Made by a program: the position numbers and the translations under genes. The notes beneath the pieces are model-generated. The model searched no databases, had not been told where the DNA came from, and was given only the letters and a program-made list of their open reading frames with translations. This document shows positions 27,591-41,700 of a DNA stretch of 64,000 nt, one piece after another. The DNA lies in assembly GCF_009914755.1 (NCBI RefSeq), contig NC_060937.1, one strand, 5' to 3'. The stretch comes from the human T2T-CHM13v2.0 reference genome, Homo sapiens. Every line of letters begins with the position of its first letter. Positions within the stretch are counted from its first letter, which is position 1.

Positions 27591-30198
27591 TACATCATAG
27601 TACAACTATTTGAAGCAAAACATAGAAATAAAAGCAGTCAAGAATAAAAAGAAATATTTCCCTCAGATTTAATAAGATTGAAAATTGATTTCTCAACAAG
27701 AAAAAAAAGGAAGTCAGAAGTCAATATAATGATACTTTCAACTCCCTAGTAAAATATAAATGCCAACCTAGTGAAAATACTCAGTAAAATGAAGACAAAA
27801 TAAGGACATTTAAAAACAAACAAAAACTGAGGAACGTATTTAATTAATATACCCAAACTAAAGAAATCACTAAAAGGGCATTTCTAGGCAAAACGAAAAT
27901 GATCCATGAGAAGCACAGAGATGCATGAAGGAATGAAGAGTACAGAAAAGGTAAATATGTCAGTAAATCTCAATAAGATCAATAATAATATAATATTTTA
28001 GGAAAACATTTATGATCAATATACATAAGAAACCATACTTTAAAACAACAAGCATTTCCAGCAATAAGGAGGGCATTTATATATATTAAATATAATTAAA
28101 ATTGTATTATATATATAAAATTAATCAAGGTGTGGATTCAGGAAGCTTGAACATATATATCATATTTAATAGCACCAAAAATGTGATGTTTCCAAAATAA
28201 AGCTAATGAAAGGTGTATATTGACTTATAGAAAAACTTAATTGCTAAAAAGTCATTCAAGAATTAAATAACCTGAAAAATGTACCATATTCAAGAATTGA
28301 ATGACTTGATATCATAAATACTCTTCCCCATATTAATCTATATAATCAAAGAGCTTTCCAATCAAGACGTATCAAACCAAAGTAACAATTTTAGGTCTGT
28401 GGAAGGGATGTAAAAGCTGAGTCTCCAGTGCATATTGAAGAACAAAAATCTATGAAAAGCCAATACAACCAGAAGAAGTAGAGCAAGGTGAGAAAATCTG
28501 ACTCACGAGATAACAAAACTGATTATACCTTTAAATGATGGTATATTTATATTGACACAAAGATGGACATATTGACCGTGGGATAGATATCCCAGAAATA
28601 AGCCTACACATTTGTGACAGAGTAAATATTAAAGATATCTGAGGTGGGGAAAAACAAATAATTTGATAAATGATATCTGGACATGTGGGTACACGTATGG
28701 GGAACAAACATAAAATTGGACCTCCACCTCACACCATCCACAAATATTGTTTCTGGATAAACTAAAGCAAATGTAAAAGGCAAAATTCTGAAAGTCAGTA
28801 AGGTATATTAATCAACAGAAGAAAACTAAGATTTCTTAAATATAAAAGGAAGATTTCTTAGAGAAAGAAAGCTGAAAGGGAAATATTGACAAATTTGACA
28901 ACTTGAGAATGTATCTCATCAGAAGACACCATATGATGAAAAGATGAGTCATAAACTGGGAGAAGCTCTTTGCAACACATTAGTATCTAGAATATATAAA
29001 GAACACCTACACATGAATAAGAGAATATAATAATGTATTTAAAAGCCGTAATTAAATAGCACTTAACACCCAGTACCTCAAGTGTTAGAAAGAATGAAGA
29101 ACAACTGAAATCATTTATTTAGTGTTGGTGGGAGAATATACTATTGAACAACAAAAAAAGAAAATTGCAAAGAAATACAATAATTACATTTATATAAAGT
29201 TAAAAAGAAAAAGAAAATGGAGCCACACATTATTTAGGGAATAAAACTATGTTGTAAAACCATAAAGGAAACAAGGCATAAAGTAATAAAAAAAGTATAA
29301 TTCAAGTAGTGATTATCTCTGATGGACATGCTGGGAAACTGAGAGAGAGTGGTAATGTTCTTTTTCTTAAACTTGGCTTAATGTGTCCATTTTCTGTATA
29401 TCTGACATCTCTTTTATAAATAACCCTTGGTGACTACTTAACAATGAATGAGGACAGTTTTCGAGAAGACTATAAATATCCTCTCATGCTAACTCTAAGT
29501 AGCTATAACAGTTTGCTGATAATGCCCCAGAAATGGAGCATTTCTGCAGCCTGGACAGAATATTTCATAACATTTGGAACTGAGCAACTTCTGGGAACCC
29601 CAGCCTTTTGTAACCTTATTTAACATCATATTGTGCAAGGTTATAATTGTTTGTCAAGTCCTTCAGATGGGTCTTGGAATACCCAATAATTAGGCATGAA
29701 TTATCAGAGACTTTTATTTTTATGATAAAAATCCTCTCTGCATGAAGTAGATTCTAACAGTGCCCTCCACGGCACACACATATATGGGATATTAAAGCAC
29801 TACCTTATCAAGACTGATGTGCAAATTGAATTATATGAGCTAAAAAGACTTCCTTTTAGCTGGTTTCTTAGCAATAGATATAACTTAATTTTTCAATTTT
29901 ATGTTGTATTTAAACTCAGATGAAACAGATAAGTGATCTCTTCTGTATTAAAGTTTCTGCAGGAGAAGCTGGGAGAAGGCTTTTTGTGAAAGTCAGGCAG
30001 AGTGAGTTCTTGATAAAGTGGTATGACTTCACACCTCTCTTGTACCCCAAAATGTTCTTCACAGCCTGCTGCTACTGAAATTATCATGCCATATTTCATA
30101 TCTCTAGTAAAGATGGCAATCATCCCTTAGAGTGAAAGAGTTTATAGCATCCTTTCCTGAAAGAATTTAGTCATAGGGTAAGTCAAGTGAGCAGAAGA

Positions 30199-30510
30199 GG
30201 ACAGGCAGGGTGGCTCACACCTGTAATCCCAGAATTCTGGGAGGCCAAGGCAGGAGGATCTCTTGAGCTTAGGAGTTTGAGGACCAGCCTGGTCAACATA
30301 CCAAGACCCTATCTCTACAAAAACATTTTTTTTAAAAAATTAGCTGAGGCATGGTAGTGTGCACCTATGATGTCAGCTACTAGGGAGGCTGAGGTGGGAG
30401 GATTGCTTGGGCCCAGGAGGTTCACGGTACAGTGAGCTGTGATTGTCACTGCACTCCAGACTGGGTGACAGAGCAAGGTCCTGTCTCAAAAATAAAGAAA
30501 GAAGTCAAAA
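30199..30510 (+). mobile_element. AluJ SINE
   Basis: Dimer with AluJ-type gaggattgcttgggcccagg; flanking repeat tgagcagaaga. Confidence 0.92.
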
Positions 30511-30661
30511 TTTAAAACTGAGCAGAAGAAAAAGGAAGAATTCTCTAGTCCAAAATCATCTGAATTCATGAAAAAGGGCAGCATGGAAGCTAGTTTGCCT
30601 GAGTAGTGAAGAAGCTGTAAGAGAGTGAAGAAAGAAGTGAGGAAAACTTTAATAACACTTG

Positions 30662-31067
30662 TGTATTAGGCCGTTCTCGTGTTCCCATAAAGAAATGCCT
30701 GAGGCTGGGTAATTTACAAGAAAAGAGGTGTAATTGGCTCATGGTTCTGCAGGCTGTACAGGGAGCCTGGCACCGCATTTGCTTGGCTTCTAGGGAGGCC
30801 TCAGGAAGCTTCCAATCATGGCAGAAGGTGATGGGGAGCAGGCATCTCACATCTCATAGCAAGGGCAAGAGAGAGCATGGGGGTGGGGCGGGGTGCCACA
30901 TATGTCAAAAACCAGATCTTGCAAGAACTCATGGTCACAAGAATGGCACCAAGCCATGAGGGATTTGCCCTCATAACCCAAACACCTCCCATCAGGCCCC
31001 ACCCTCCAACACTGGGGAATACATTTCAGGATGAGATTTGGGTGGAACAGATATCCAAACCATGTCA
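30662..31067 (-). mobile_element. MST solo LTR
   Basis: tgtattaggccgttctcg...gatatccaaaccatgtca; TSD acttg/gcttg. Confidence 0.9.
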
Positions 31068-31559
31068 GCTTGGAAGACAAATTTCATCTCCATCACTATT
31101 TTACCACATTCCAATATATCACAAAGATCCTTATAAACTACACATTTCATGGAGGAAACAGCTACAAACCGGTGCTACAGTGAAGGGGGACAGGAAAACT
31201 ACTTTCGTCTTCAACAAAAACTCGTGAAGTGACTGCCCACAGCCAGGACTTTGATTAAAAGATGAGGAAAATGAGTTATGCTTTCTTAAATATTGTGTAT
31301 CTAATTGACCTGTGAATGAATGCTTTTTTTTTCTTTTATGTCAACATGTCTCCCTGAAAAGCCCAGTCTTTGATCAATTTGCCTTGTTAAAATATTCCTA
31401 GAAAACAAGAAAGAAAAATCAGTCAATCTGAATATGTAATTGCTTACTTTTGTTTCTTCTTTCTTAATAATTGATTATGTGAAAGATGAAAGAAACAATG
31501 TGAAACTGACTCTAAACTCTAATGCCTAACAAACAATCAGACACTATACAATGACACTG

Positions 31560-32011
31560 TTTTGGCAACCTGGCCACTGAACACATGATTGGCACTATGA
31601 AAGAACTAAATATTTTAATTTAATTTAATTTCACTTTGGAAATTAATACAGAACTTCATTATTAGAAAACATTTAAGTATGTTTGGAATAACGTAATTGT
31701 GTGAATATACAACTTTTAAGTTTTATAAAATATAAATACAGATTAAGTATTTCTGATGAGAATTTTGAATCCAAATTGAGATGTACTTTATTATAAACTG
31801 GGTATCCAAGTCTTGGTACAAAAAAGCAGACGTGCACTATCTCATGAGTCATTTTTAAGTTGATCACATGTTGAAATGACAATATTTTTAATAGATTAAG
31901 TAAAATAACTTATTAAAATTCATTGCATTTTTTTTACTTTTTGTATTGTGACCACAAGAAAAGTTTAAGTGACATTTGTGGCTGGCATTATATTTCTGTT
32001 GGACAGTGCTG
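31560..32011 (+). mobile_element. hAT-Charlie (Charlie1/MER33-like) 3' fragment
   Basis: aagtatttctgatgagaatttt...aaattgagatg; terminal cattatatttctgttggacagtgctg. Confidence 0.7.
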
Positions 32012-32019
32012 TCATAGAG

Positions 32020-32200
32020 AGCAAATTTGGAATTGAGTCATATTTAAGCCTGAGCCCCTTCTGTGTAACCTGTGTGATCATGAACAATTCACTTAACTTC
32101 TCTGATCTTTTATGTAAATTGAGGTAATAGTATTACCTTTACCAGATTGTTGTAAGGCTTCAATTAAAATACCTTCCTTTAGAAAGCTTCAAAGTACTAG
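32020..32200 (-). mobile_element. MIR SINE fragment
   Basis: ctgtgtgatc...cacttaacttctctg...tgtaaattgaggtaatagtattacct. Confidence 0.6.
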
Positions 32201-33842
32201 GAAGGTGCCAGATATTTTTAAATGTTTTAGTTCTTAGTCCAGTGTACCTTTAAATGGTAAGCTGAATGAAGGCTTAGAAAGAACCATGCTTCTATTTAAT
32301 CGCTGTGAATGACAAGATTGGTTTTAAATTGTAAAACTGTGTACCATGAAGCTTCCAGAATGGTAAGAAGCTATTTTATAGCAAGGTCCAAAATGCTGAT
32401 TTCTCAGGTAGGAGAAGACTGGTCCTTTAATATTTTTGGTAACCCTAGTGGTTGCCCTTAACAATCTAAAGCCATGGACTGCAATCCATGTAAATTTACC
32501 TTATTAGTTGGCGAACTGGACAAAAAAATAAGCAAAGTAGGAGGCACTGAGATCTTGGGTTCACTGCCAAGGTGAATTAGCTCCTTTTTTCTTCTCAGAT
32601 CAGGGAGATAAGAAAAACTATATGTGCAATAAATAAAATTAAATACTGACTTCATTCATTTCAACAGATTAACCTCACTAGAAGGGTGGGTTGATAAAAT
32701 GTTTGTGTGGATTGGAAAAATCTGAGACAAATTTACAAGACTGTTTGAAATATTAAGGCAGAGCTGACTCTGAAAATAACTTCTGAGTAGCCTGCACTTT
32801 AACAGAAAACCTTGCTTTAAAAGCAATATGAAAATAGCTTCCTTGCTTCATTTTAATCTTTTAATTTATGTAATAGTTATATTGTCTCAGCTAATCAGTG
32901 ATATGCCAATTAATTATTTAAGTGGCCCTTTTTGCATTGCCAAACCCTAATCAACAACAACTACAACAAAACCCGGTAGAAAGACTTTATTTAAGTAGCT
33001 TCATAACTGAATATATTCTACAGAAAATCCTGGAGCCTTGTGAGACGTGTACACTGTAAACCGAAATTATTTATTAGGGAAAAGGAACTTGCCCTTTTGA
33101 ACTTACACCCTAACCTATTAGGTGAGCTCCTTCTTTCCAGGAGTTGTTAACTCTTTTCTTATCAATTGTAAGCTTCATAGCCAAAAATTATTCTAGGGTG
33201 ATGACCTTGTCTATTTTAACATATTTTTGAGTGATTTCAAGGTACAAGTAGATTTGAACTACAAGTTCTCAGAAAATAACTCCCTTGCTTTTTTCATAGT
33301 ACTGAAACATGATTCTTAAGGACTCACTTCTAGTTTCCTAGAACATCATAAACCCCTTGGGCAGCCAAAGGCTAATCCACTATAACTCTCTTCTCTGCCC
33401 TTTTTGCCATTCATTCCTGGGTGAATGGTGGAGGCATGTACTTTTTGCTTTATGTAGTTTCCTGTCTAGTGAGATTATTAATGTGATTTCTATGTTAAGC
33501 ATAGTATAGAAATGCAGTGACTTTTGCATGCTAACACATTTTCAGAAGCAAGTAACAATGTAAGGAAAAGAAAAAACTCAAAATTAAAATGATAAATTAA
33601 AAGTTCACTTATAAAGTATCATTTAGATGCAAAAATACAAAACTTCTAGAGAGAGCTTTAAGCATTTTACCAATTTTTTTAAAGTTTTAACAACGACCCT
33701 AAAAGTTACCACTTGTTGGGCAGCATATCAAGATATAAATCATCTTTGAGTCTCACAATAATCCTGTAATGTAAGTACTATGATTACATCAACTTTACAG
33801 CTCTTCTGAGACTTAAAGAGATAAAGCACATTTAAAAACTCA

Positions 33843-34142
33843 GGCTGGGCCCAGTGCAGTGCTTCATGCCTGTAATCCCAGCACTTTGGGAGGCCAAGGC
33901 AGGAAGATTGCTTGAGCCCAGGGGTTCAAGACCAGCCTGGGCAACCAAGTAAGACCCCATCTCTACAAAAAATATAAAAATTAGCTGGGCATAGTGGCAC
34001 ATGCCTGTAGTCCCAGCTACTCAGGAGGCTGAGTTGGGAGGATCATGTGAGCTGAGGAGGTCGAGGTTGCAGTGAGCCATAATTATGCCACTGCACTCCA
34101 GCCTGGGTGACAGAGCAAGACCCTGACTCCAAAAACAAAAAT
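33843..34142 (+). mobile_element. AluJ SINE (first of tandem pair)
   Basis: Full dimer. Confidence 0.93.
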
Positions 34143-34152
34143 GAAAACCTCA

Positions 34153-34455
34153 GGCTGGGTGTGGTGGTGCATGCCTATAATCCCAGCACTTTGGGAGCCC
34201 AAGGTGGGAGGATCACTTGGGCCCAGGAGTTTCCCAGACTGGGAAATACAGCAAGACCCTGTCTCTGCAAAAAATAAAAAACTACCTGAGAGCAGTAGTG
34301 CATGCCAGTAGTCCCAGCTAGTTGAGAGGCTGAGATGAGAGGATCACTTGAGCCCAGGAGTCTGAAGTTGCAGTAAGCTACTATCATCACACCACTGCAC
34401 TCCTACCTGGGCGACAGAGTGAGACCCTGTCTCTAAAAAAATTAAATTAAATTAA
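34153..34455 (+). mobile_element. AluJ SINE (second of tandem pair)
   Basis: Full dimer with (aaatt)n tail. Confidence 0.92.
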
Positions 34456-34489
34456 AACTCACATGATTGGTCTATGAGAGCATCCATTT

Positions 34490-34760
34490 ATCAATCACCC
34501 ATGTACCCAGGATGACAAAAATTCCATCTTTACATGTGCTTCTTCAATGTTAGACTTGGGGAAGGGAACATAGTGATCCTGCATTGGTTTTTCAGGCTTC
34601 CATCTTCAAATGATTTGCATAATTGTACAAACATTTTATTGATCAAAGCAAATTACATGGGCACATCCAACTTCAAAAGAAGAGATAAAATGCAATCATT
34701 CTTTGTGCCCAGAATGAGAACTGGAACCGATGTGAGTAGCACTAATGACCCCCACACATA
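34490..34760 (-). mobile_element. Old MLT1 LTR fragment
   Basis: ttattgatcaaagcaaattacatgggcac...gagtagcactaatgac. Confidence 0.5.
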
Positions 34761-37324
34761 TCAAAGATATCCTGCTTGCGTGATTTTGTTCTGGTCTGGA
34801 GTTACATAAACACAATTAGTGGTAAACACTTTACATTTAAGTTTCCTTGTAACCGTATTCCAGTTCCTATAATTTACTTAGAGTCACATTCTGTACTTTC
34901 ATTGCAGGGATAAACTGCCCTAAGAAAATATAGTCTATTAACTCAGAGTCTAATAACAAACACTTATCTTGAAAATCCCTTTTTACTTTTCTCACTTGCT
35001 AATTGAACCAGTGACTTGGAGATGCTTGTAATGATTCATGTTATCTTACTTTTATTTCTAAATGTTCATTCCAAATAGATTATCCTTTATCATAAATGTT
35101 CTTCCTAAAGTGCCAGCTTCAGGTTAGCTATTTCATGCTTCACCTAAATCATAAATTTAATAAAAAAGGAAGAATTTCAGTTCCTCTCCTCAGTTTCTTT
35201 ACTCCCTACTTCCACATACTAGCAGTAAATTCTTTATTTTCTCTTCTTTGGAGTTATATGGCATCTTTCTTGAAATTACTGTATAAGGGGCATAGAAATT
35301 CCTGAGTTATACTTAGGGGTGGTCCTGACACGACAGTGACATGTAAATTAACATTAGTAGCTTCAGCTTCAGAAAATAGATGTTTCTATTTTCCAGTAAA
35401 TTTATTCACTTAATATTTTCCTGCTCTATAACATCAAAATACTTCCTATCCCACAATGTTTCTATGGCATTGTAGAATCCCTGTCTCCACCTTCTTCCCA
35501 TGATCAAACTGTAAAATATTTTAGGTGCCCTCTGTGATATTTTATGTTATTGAAACTAAGAGAATATGAACTAAACACTTATGCAATGACTACAATGACT
35601 ATAGAATAAGTAATTCAGAAAATTAATATAAAAATGCTTTAAGGTTTAACTTTGTTCTTTTGTGTGGCAATACACTGAAAACAGCTTGAGTTACTTTACG
35701 TGGTGTCCGGCTGCAAGGAGAAACAATATTCAAAAGGGAAAATGGAGAGAAACGTGAAGTAAAAACACTAAAATAACCTCTTCTGAATATTATTGACTCA
35801 AAATTGTTTCTTAGCTTTTATGCTGACTGTGTGAGATTTACTTTTTCTTGAGATAAAAAATATAATTTAGTCAGTCAAGGAATTTTTGTTTGCCGGTTAT
35901 GTGCTACATGTAAAATGTTTCTACCCAGAAGAGATTTAAAAGGTAATGTGGTTATCATCAAATTTTAAAGATAAGGCTTTTACTTTCATCACAATTTAAA
36001 ATGCAATAAATTATGTAATCACTAGTGTAAAAACTACTTGAGATATGAAAAAATAAGTATGTTGATGTCATCTATGTTATACGGAAAGTTTTCCAGAATA
36101 CAAGAATTGTGATATTAACTTTTTTTACTCTTCTTTGTCATCAGAAATGATGCCAATTTAACGGTGATTTTATTTTTCCTAACTATTCATAATAAAAAAC
36201 TATCTGCACTGGTACAAAATTTTAACAAAAAAATATAAGCTTATAATAACCAATATGTGAATGCACTGGAGTTTTACAAATTTTATTACTTTGATTACAT
36301 TCTAACATTTATCATGATGTATAATAGTATATTGATTTAAAATATGGTGGTCTACATTAAACCAAGTCTTCAATGCTACAATAATTGTCACACCTCTCTT
36401 CATGTTTATCTATTTTTCTTTTGTCCTTTCTTAGCTGAAAAACCTGGGTGCAATAAGGTCCCTCTAGAGATCTTTTTGTGAGGCTGAGAGAACATCCATG
36501 ACATTTTATGAAGACACATGAGTAAAAATGACTAAAGAGGCTAGTTCTACACGATGACAACAAATCATTTGGGGACTAGAACCTGTAGCATTACCTTAAA
36601 AAAAATAAAAACTGTGTATGTTCAACAAAATATTTCCAAAACGCATTTCTTTTAATATGCTCTATTTTTTTCTCTTGAGTAAAGTGTTGTTAAAAACAAT
36701 AAGCACTGCTATTATACAACAGTATCCATTCATTACCGTGCGGGAAGCAGCGTACTAAAAGTTAGACTTCCACATTGTCTCACTTAGACCTTACATCAAG
36801 CCTGAAAGGTAGGTATTTGTGCAAAAATTTAAGCTATGACAAAACTAGGATCAGAAAAGTAAAGAAACTTGCCCAAGCTTAAACTTACCAAGGCTGTAAA
36901 TAATTATAATATTTTATTTACTATGAGTAGATTAACCAAGCAAAATTTTTTCTACATAGCTTTGAGTATTCCTGAAACCTAGAGGATTTTATTTTTCTCA
37001 CTAAATTTTTTTTTCCAAAATACATTTATTTTTATCTTTGTCCAGTAATAAAATCATAATTTACAAGACTGATGACAGAAAGATCATACGAAGTTTTAGG
37101 AAAATTTCTTAACATTGCAGACGGGATCATATATTGAGCCTTCCAAAGCTGAACAGGTTTCTACTTTTGTCACCCATGATTTCCTATAGTTCAAAGGATT
37201 TACTGATAATTCAAAGATAATTGTTCAAATGCCTGGTCAGTATCACAGCATTCACATTAATTTCCACATTAACTATCTAAGTCATGGATGCCTCAGGTAC
37301 CCAAGGTTATTAGTAGTTACTCAC

Positions 37325-37400
37325 TTGAGAGCAAGCTTCCAAGACTCTGTCAGGCAAATTATCAGTTCTGTCCATGTCATTGGATCAGAGTCCTTGAAAC
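37325..37400 (-). other. Candidate 76-nt exon containing gacATGg start (MDRTDNLPDRVLEACSQ)
   Basis: Minus strand reads gttttcctag|GTTTCAAGG...CTCTCAA|gtgagt. The ATG frame ends in phase 0. Confidence 0.25.
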
Positions 37401-38220
37401 CTAGGAAAACTTGCTAAATTCTATATACTTTAAAATGAAAAACAATGCCCATTTGGAACTTGAGTAATTCATTTTGACAGTTTGACCAGATGAATTGTAG
37501 AGGAAAAACTATCATGTATTTCACAAGCAAACTTTGGTATAAAGAGGAAATTGGTTTTGTATTTTTAGGTGAGTACTTATATAATTATAAGAGAAGCTCA
37601 AATTTTTACTCAAGGAATTTAGAGTTAAATGATTTCTAGAGAACATATGCAATGAAAAGTTAATGTTTTAAAAATAGCAAATGTATTATCATTATGGTTT
37701 ATTCCTTTTCTTTGGCATTCTTGAATATCCTAAGCATAGATAAGTGATAAATAAATAGATACATAGGAACATAGATGAACAAATGTATTTGTTGGCTGTT
37801 GGCAAGTGAGATATTTATATAACTTCTTAAAGTTCTACGTTGTATGTCTGAATTACATTGATTAAATCAACTTGAGTTTCATAGGGGACCAAGAATACTT
37901 AGATCATTCAATTCATCATGGTTAATTAAGGTATCTACCAAAGTCCAGGTGTAATATTAAACTCCATGTCTTTATTTAGAGAACTCAAAATAAAATGCTC
38001 ATCAGGAAATCTAACGAAAATAAAAACAAAGTCTTGCTTTCTGTAGGAAAAAAGATGGAGGCCAGAACTTTTTGAGATTTCACAGAAAATCAATAAATTA
38101 CTGAATTATCTGCAGTAAATAGTTGTATATAAAATAGATTGGGAAATAAAAATATCATTTTAATTAGGATGTTAATCTATTAGTTTCAGATGTCCCTGAG
38201 AGGTAGAAAACAATCACTCT

Positions 38221-38316
38221 AGCTAGCTAACTAGACAGATAGGTAGATGGTAGATAGATATTGATAGACAGATAAGATGATAGATAGATAGATAGATAGA
38301 TAATATAGATAGATAG
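38221..38316 (+). repeat. Interrupted (GATA)n tetranucleotide microsatellite
   Basis: gatagatagatagatagatagata core with degenerate flanking units. Confidence 0.9.
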
Positions 38317-38931
38317 GAAAATGATCATTGTGAAAATTCCCAGATGACCCATTAATAGTAATTTTCAAGATATAGAAATGGTGAAAGTAGATGCAAAATT
38401 TAACTTGTAGTATTTTTTAATCACTCAACCCAAAATGTCATAACTTGTAGTAATGACAGACTAATAGTAGTTAATATCTTCTTATTAGAAAATTGGATGT
38501 TAAAAATCCCAGAAGAAAAGACATGGCACAACCACAGGTCTCCTCTGGAACTGATCTCTATCTTAAACCACTGATCTCTACCTTAAATCGACTAAGACTA
38601 GCTTCACCAAAAAACAAAGTAGACGTTGGAATGAGTCAATAAGCTGACACAGTAATAGAACAACCATAAAGTTGGGACTTTCTAAAAGGGATGCTTATTG
38701 AGTTACTTGTTTTTTTTTTAATTTTCAAAATAAGATTTTATAAAATGATATAAGAGAATAGGAAAATCTCAACTGCAGTTTATCAATTATTGTCTATGAT
38801 CCTTGGGTTTTCCCTAGGTATATTATTTCATCATATTTATGCCATTCAATATCCAGTGTAATTCTATACATTGAGTATTTTTGTGTCCCTTTTAGTGTTT
38901 AAAAAGGGATACTCAGAGAGTTTTTTATGTA

Positions 38932-39110
38932 AGTGTATTTCAAACTTGTGGGCATTTAAGACCTAAGGTGAGTATGTGATAAAAATCCAGATTCCAGTTC
39001 TCCTCTCTAAAGTCTCTAATTCAGTAGGTCTGGGGTGGAGATTGGCAATCTGTATTTTAAGCAAGCCTCCATAGTGATTCTTTTACATGCAGTCACTTTG
39101 GGGAATACTG
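38932..39110. mobile_element. MER5-like hAT DNA transposon
   Basis: ttcagtaggtctggggtggag...aatctgtattttaagcaagc...gtgattct...tttggggaatactg. Confidence 0.65.
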
Positions 39111-39463
39111 ATTTCCACAAGTTGCCTTGTGAAAGAGTTGAGCAGATCTTGAGTTTAAAAGACAGTCAAGATAAATGGAAAGAAAACAACTGTGTATATT
39201 TGTCTGTTTTAGAAGAAAAAATTATTCTTTTATCAGTGAAAGAACAGAAACCACAGTTTTTGTTTAATTGCATGTGAATATAGGACAACTTTACTGTAAG
39301 CTTCTGTTAACATGGCAACAGTAGCAATTCAGAGATGACCAATTCATTCATAACTTTTGACTAGCTAGCATAAGCACAATATATGTGAAGCCAAAATAAG
39401 CGTTCAACATAGCAACAAGTTGAATCAGAAGATACAAAAGGAGTTACAGAAATCATTGCTCCA

Positions 39464-39811
<348 letters not shown>

Positions 39812-40490
39812 CTAGGGGCTTAGAACAATCTAATAGAATAAAACATATATACACATTAGGTAAAACTTTAGGTAAACGTAAAGTTTTTATGCAGTGTGTT
39901 AATTTGTGACTAGACTAGTTACTTAATTGCCAAAACAATTGGAGTAGTGTGGACAGGAGCTGTGACAGTAGGGCCTCCTACAGATGTGGTACTGACCTAG
40001 ACCTTGAAACAGGCAGGTGTGTATGCTGCAGGGGAAGAAGATCATACAGGACTACAAAAGAGCCTGATGCCCAGCGGCTGGAGAGGAGATTGGCCTGCTT
40101 AGAATGAGAATCTATTTAAGTAGTATAGAAAATCTTAACAGCTTTGGTCTTAACTAGAGAGGAGAACTATGCAGGGTTTTCTTGAGGTTGCATATCATCT
40201 TAGACTGTCTACTCATTCATTCATTCGCTTAAGCAAGCAGTAGTCCTTTTACAGACAAAGTTTTGATATTAAGCATTTTGTGCAAGCTCTTAGAAAACAT
40301 AATTATCTTCTTTAAATTTTATCTGTACTCAGATTTACTCCTTGAATCTTCTTTACTCCTTGAAACAGTTTCAATCATCTGTGTCTCCACCCAAATCTCA
40401 TGTTGAAATGTGAGGTGGGGCCTGGTGGGAGGTGATTGGATCATGGGGATGTATTTCTCGTGAATATTTTAGCACCATCCTCCTTGATAC

Positions 40491-41189
40491 TGAGAGGAGG
40501 TTCCAGCTGGGCTTCCTGGGTTGAGTAGGGGCTCAGAAAGCTGTGAAATTCACTCCTTTCCTGCATCAGGATTTACTTTGGCCCTGGATGAATAATATTG
40601 AAGGTATATGCTTAAAATATTCCCAACATCAGAATTTGTGCATGTGTTTTCTCCCCCAAGAAAGCTATAAACAGCGAAAATTTTGCTGTAAGCTTCCCTG
40701 TGTCCTCTCTCCCTTCCCCCTCTCCTGAAACTAAAAGGAATGTTAAAAACCCGTTTTTCTGTGACCAGCAGACCTTATCTATGCTCCCAATTCCAATCCC
40801 TTGTAAACACAATTTGTAAAATCCTGTGAGATCCTGTCTCCTTTCCCTTGCTGCTGCAAGGTTATAAAGTAGATAAAACTTAAGTTACAATTCCGGTTCT
40901 CCTCAAGACCGGAGACATGTTAATTGTCTTTGTTTCTCGATCTGGTAACATCTTCCAGGGGCACCGCACGTATTTCCCGCCTTAAAGAGTTTAAAAGGTG
41001 ATCAAAAAATCTAACACTGGCCACCCGCTCGGGACCCCTTCCACGCTGTGGAAGCTTTGTACCGTCACTCTGTTCAATAAAGCCTACAGCTTTTTTTTTC
41101 TCTAGGTCCGATCCGTGTCTCTCTCTCACCACGGGCTGCCGCCACACCAAATCTTTGGCATGGCTAAGGCAAGAACCTTTAGCGATACA
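40491..41189 (+). mobile_element. ERV1 solo LTR (LTR30-like)
   Basis: TG...CA ends; begins tgagaggaggttccagctgggcttcctggg; AATAAA near 41076; perfect 4-bp TSD atac at 40487-40490 and 41190-41193. Confidence 0.85.
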
Positions 41190-41388
41190 ATACTGTCCTC
41201 ATGATAATGAACGAGTTCTTGTGAGATCTGGTAGTTTAAAAGCGTGCAGCATCTCCCCACCCACTCCCTTCTTTCTGCTTTCACAATGTGATATGCCTGC
41301 CCCCTCCTTTGCCTTCTGCTATGATTGGAAGCTTCCTGAGGCCTTCAGGCATCTTTTCATCATAAATTACCCAGTTGTAGGTATTTCT

Positions 41389-41700
41389 TTTTATTTTTAT
41401 TTTTTATTTTTTTATTTATTTTATTTTATTTTTTTGAGACAGAGTCTCACTCTGTCGCCCAGGCTGGAGTGCCGTGGCGCACTCTCGGCTCACTGCAATC
41501 TCCGCCTCATGAGTTCAAATGATTCTCCTGCCTCAGCCTCCTGAGTAGCTGGCGTTTCAGGCACCCGCTACCACGCCTGGCTAATTTTTGGATTTTTAGT
41601 AGAGATGAGGTTTCACCATGTTGGCCAGGCTGATCTCAAACTCCTGGCCTCAGGTGATCCACCCACCTCAGCCTCCCAGGTGTGAGCCACCACACCCAGC
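41389..41700 (-). mobile_element. AluS SINE nested in MST
   Basis: Dimer with T-rich tail; TSD aggtatttc. Confidence 0.93.

Larger units (their letters stand above)
23050..29420 (+). mobile_element. Mosaic of very old L1M (L1ME-like) fragments
   Basis: A-rich throughout. Two ORF1-like blocks (~23850-24400 and ~26750-27950) and ORF2/3'-end-like blocks (28250-29400, e.g. cctcacaccatccacaaa and ctgggagaagctctttgcaacacat). Boundaries approximate. Confidence 0.6.
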
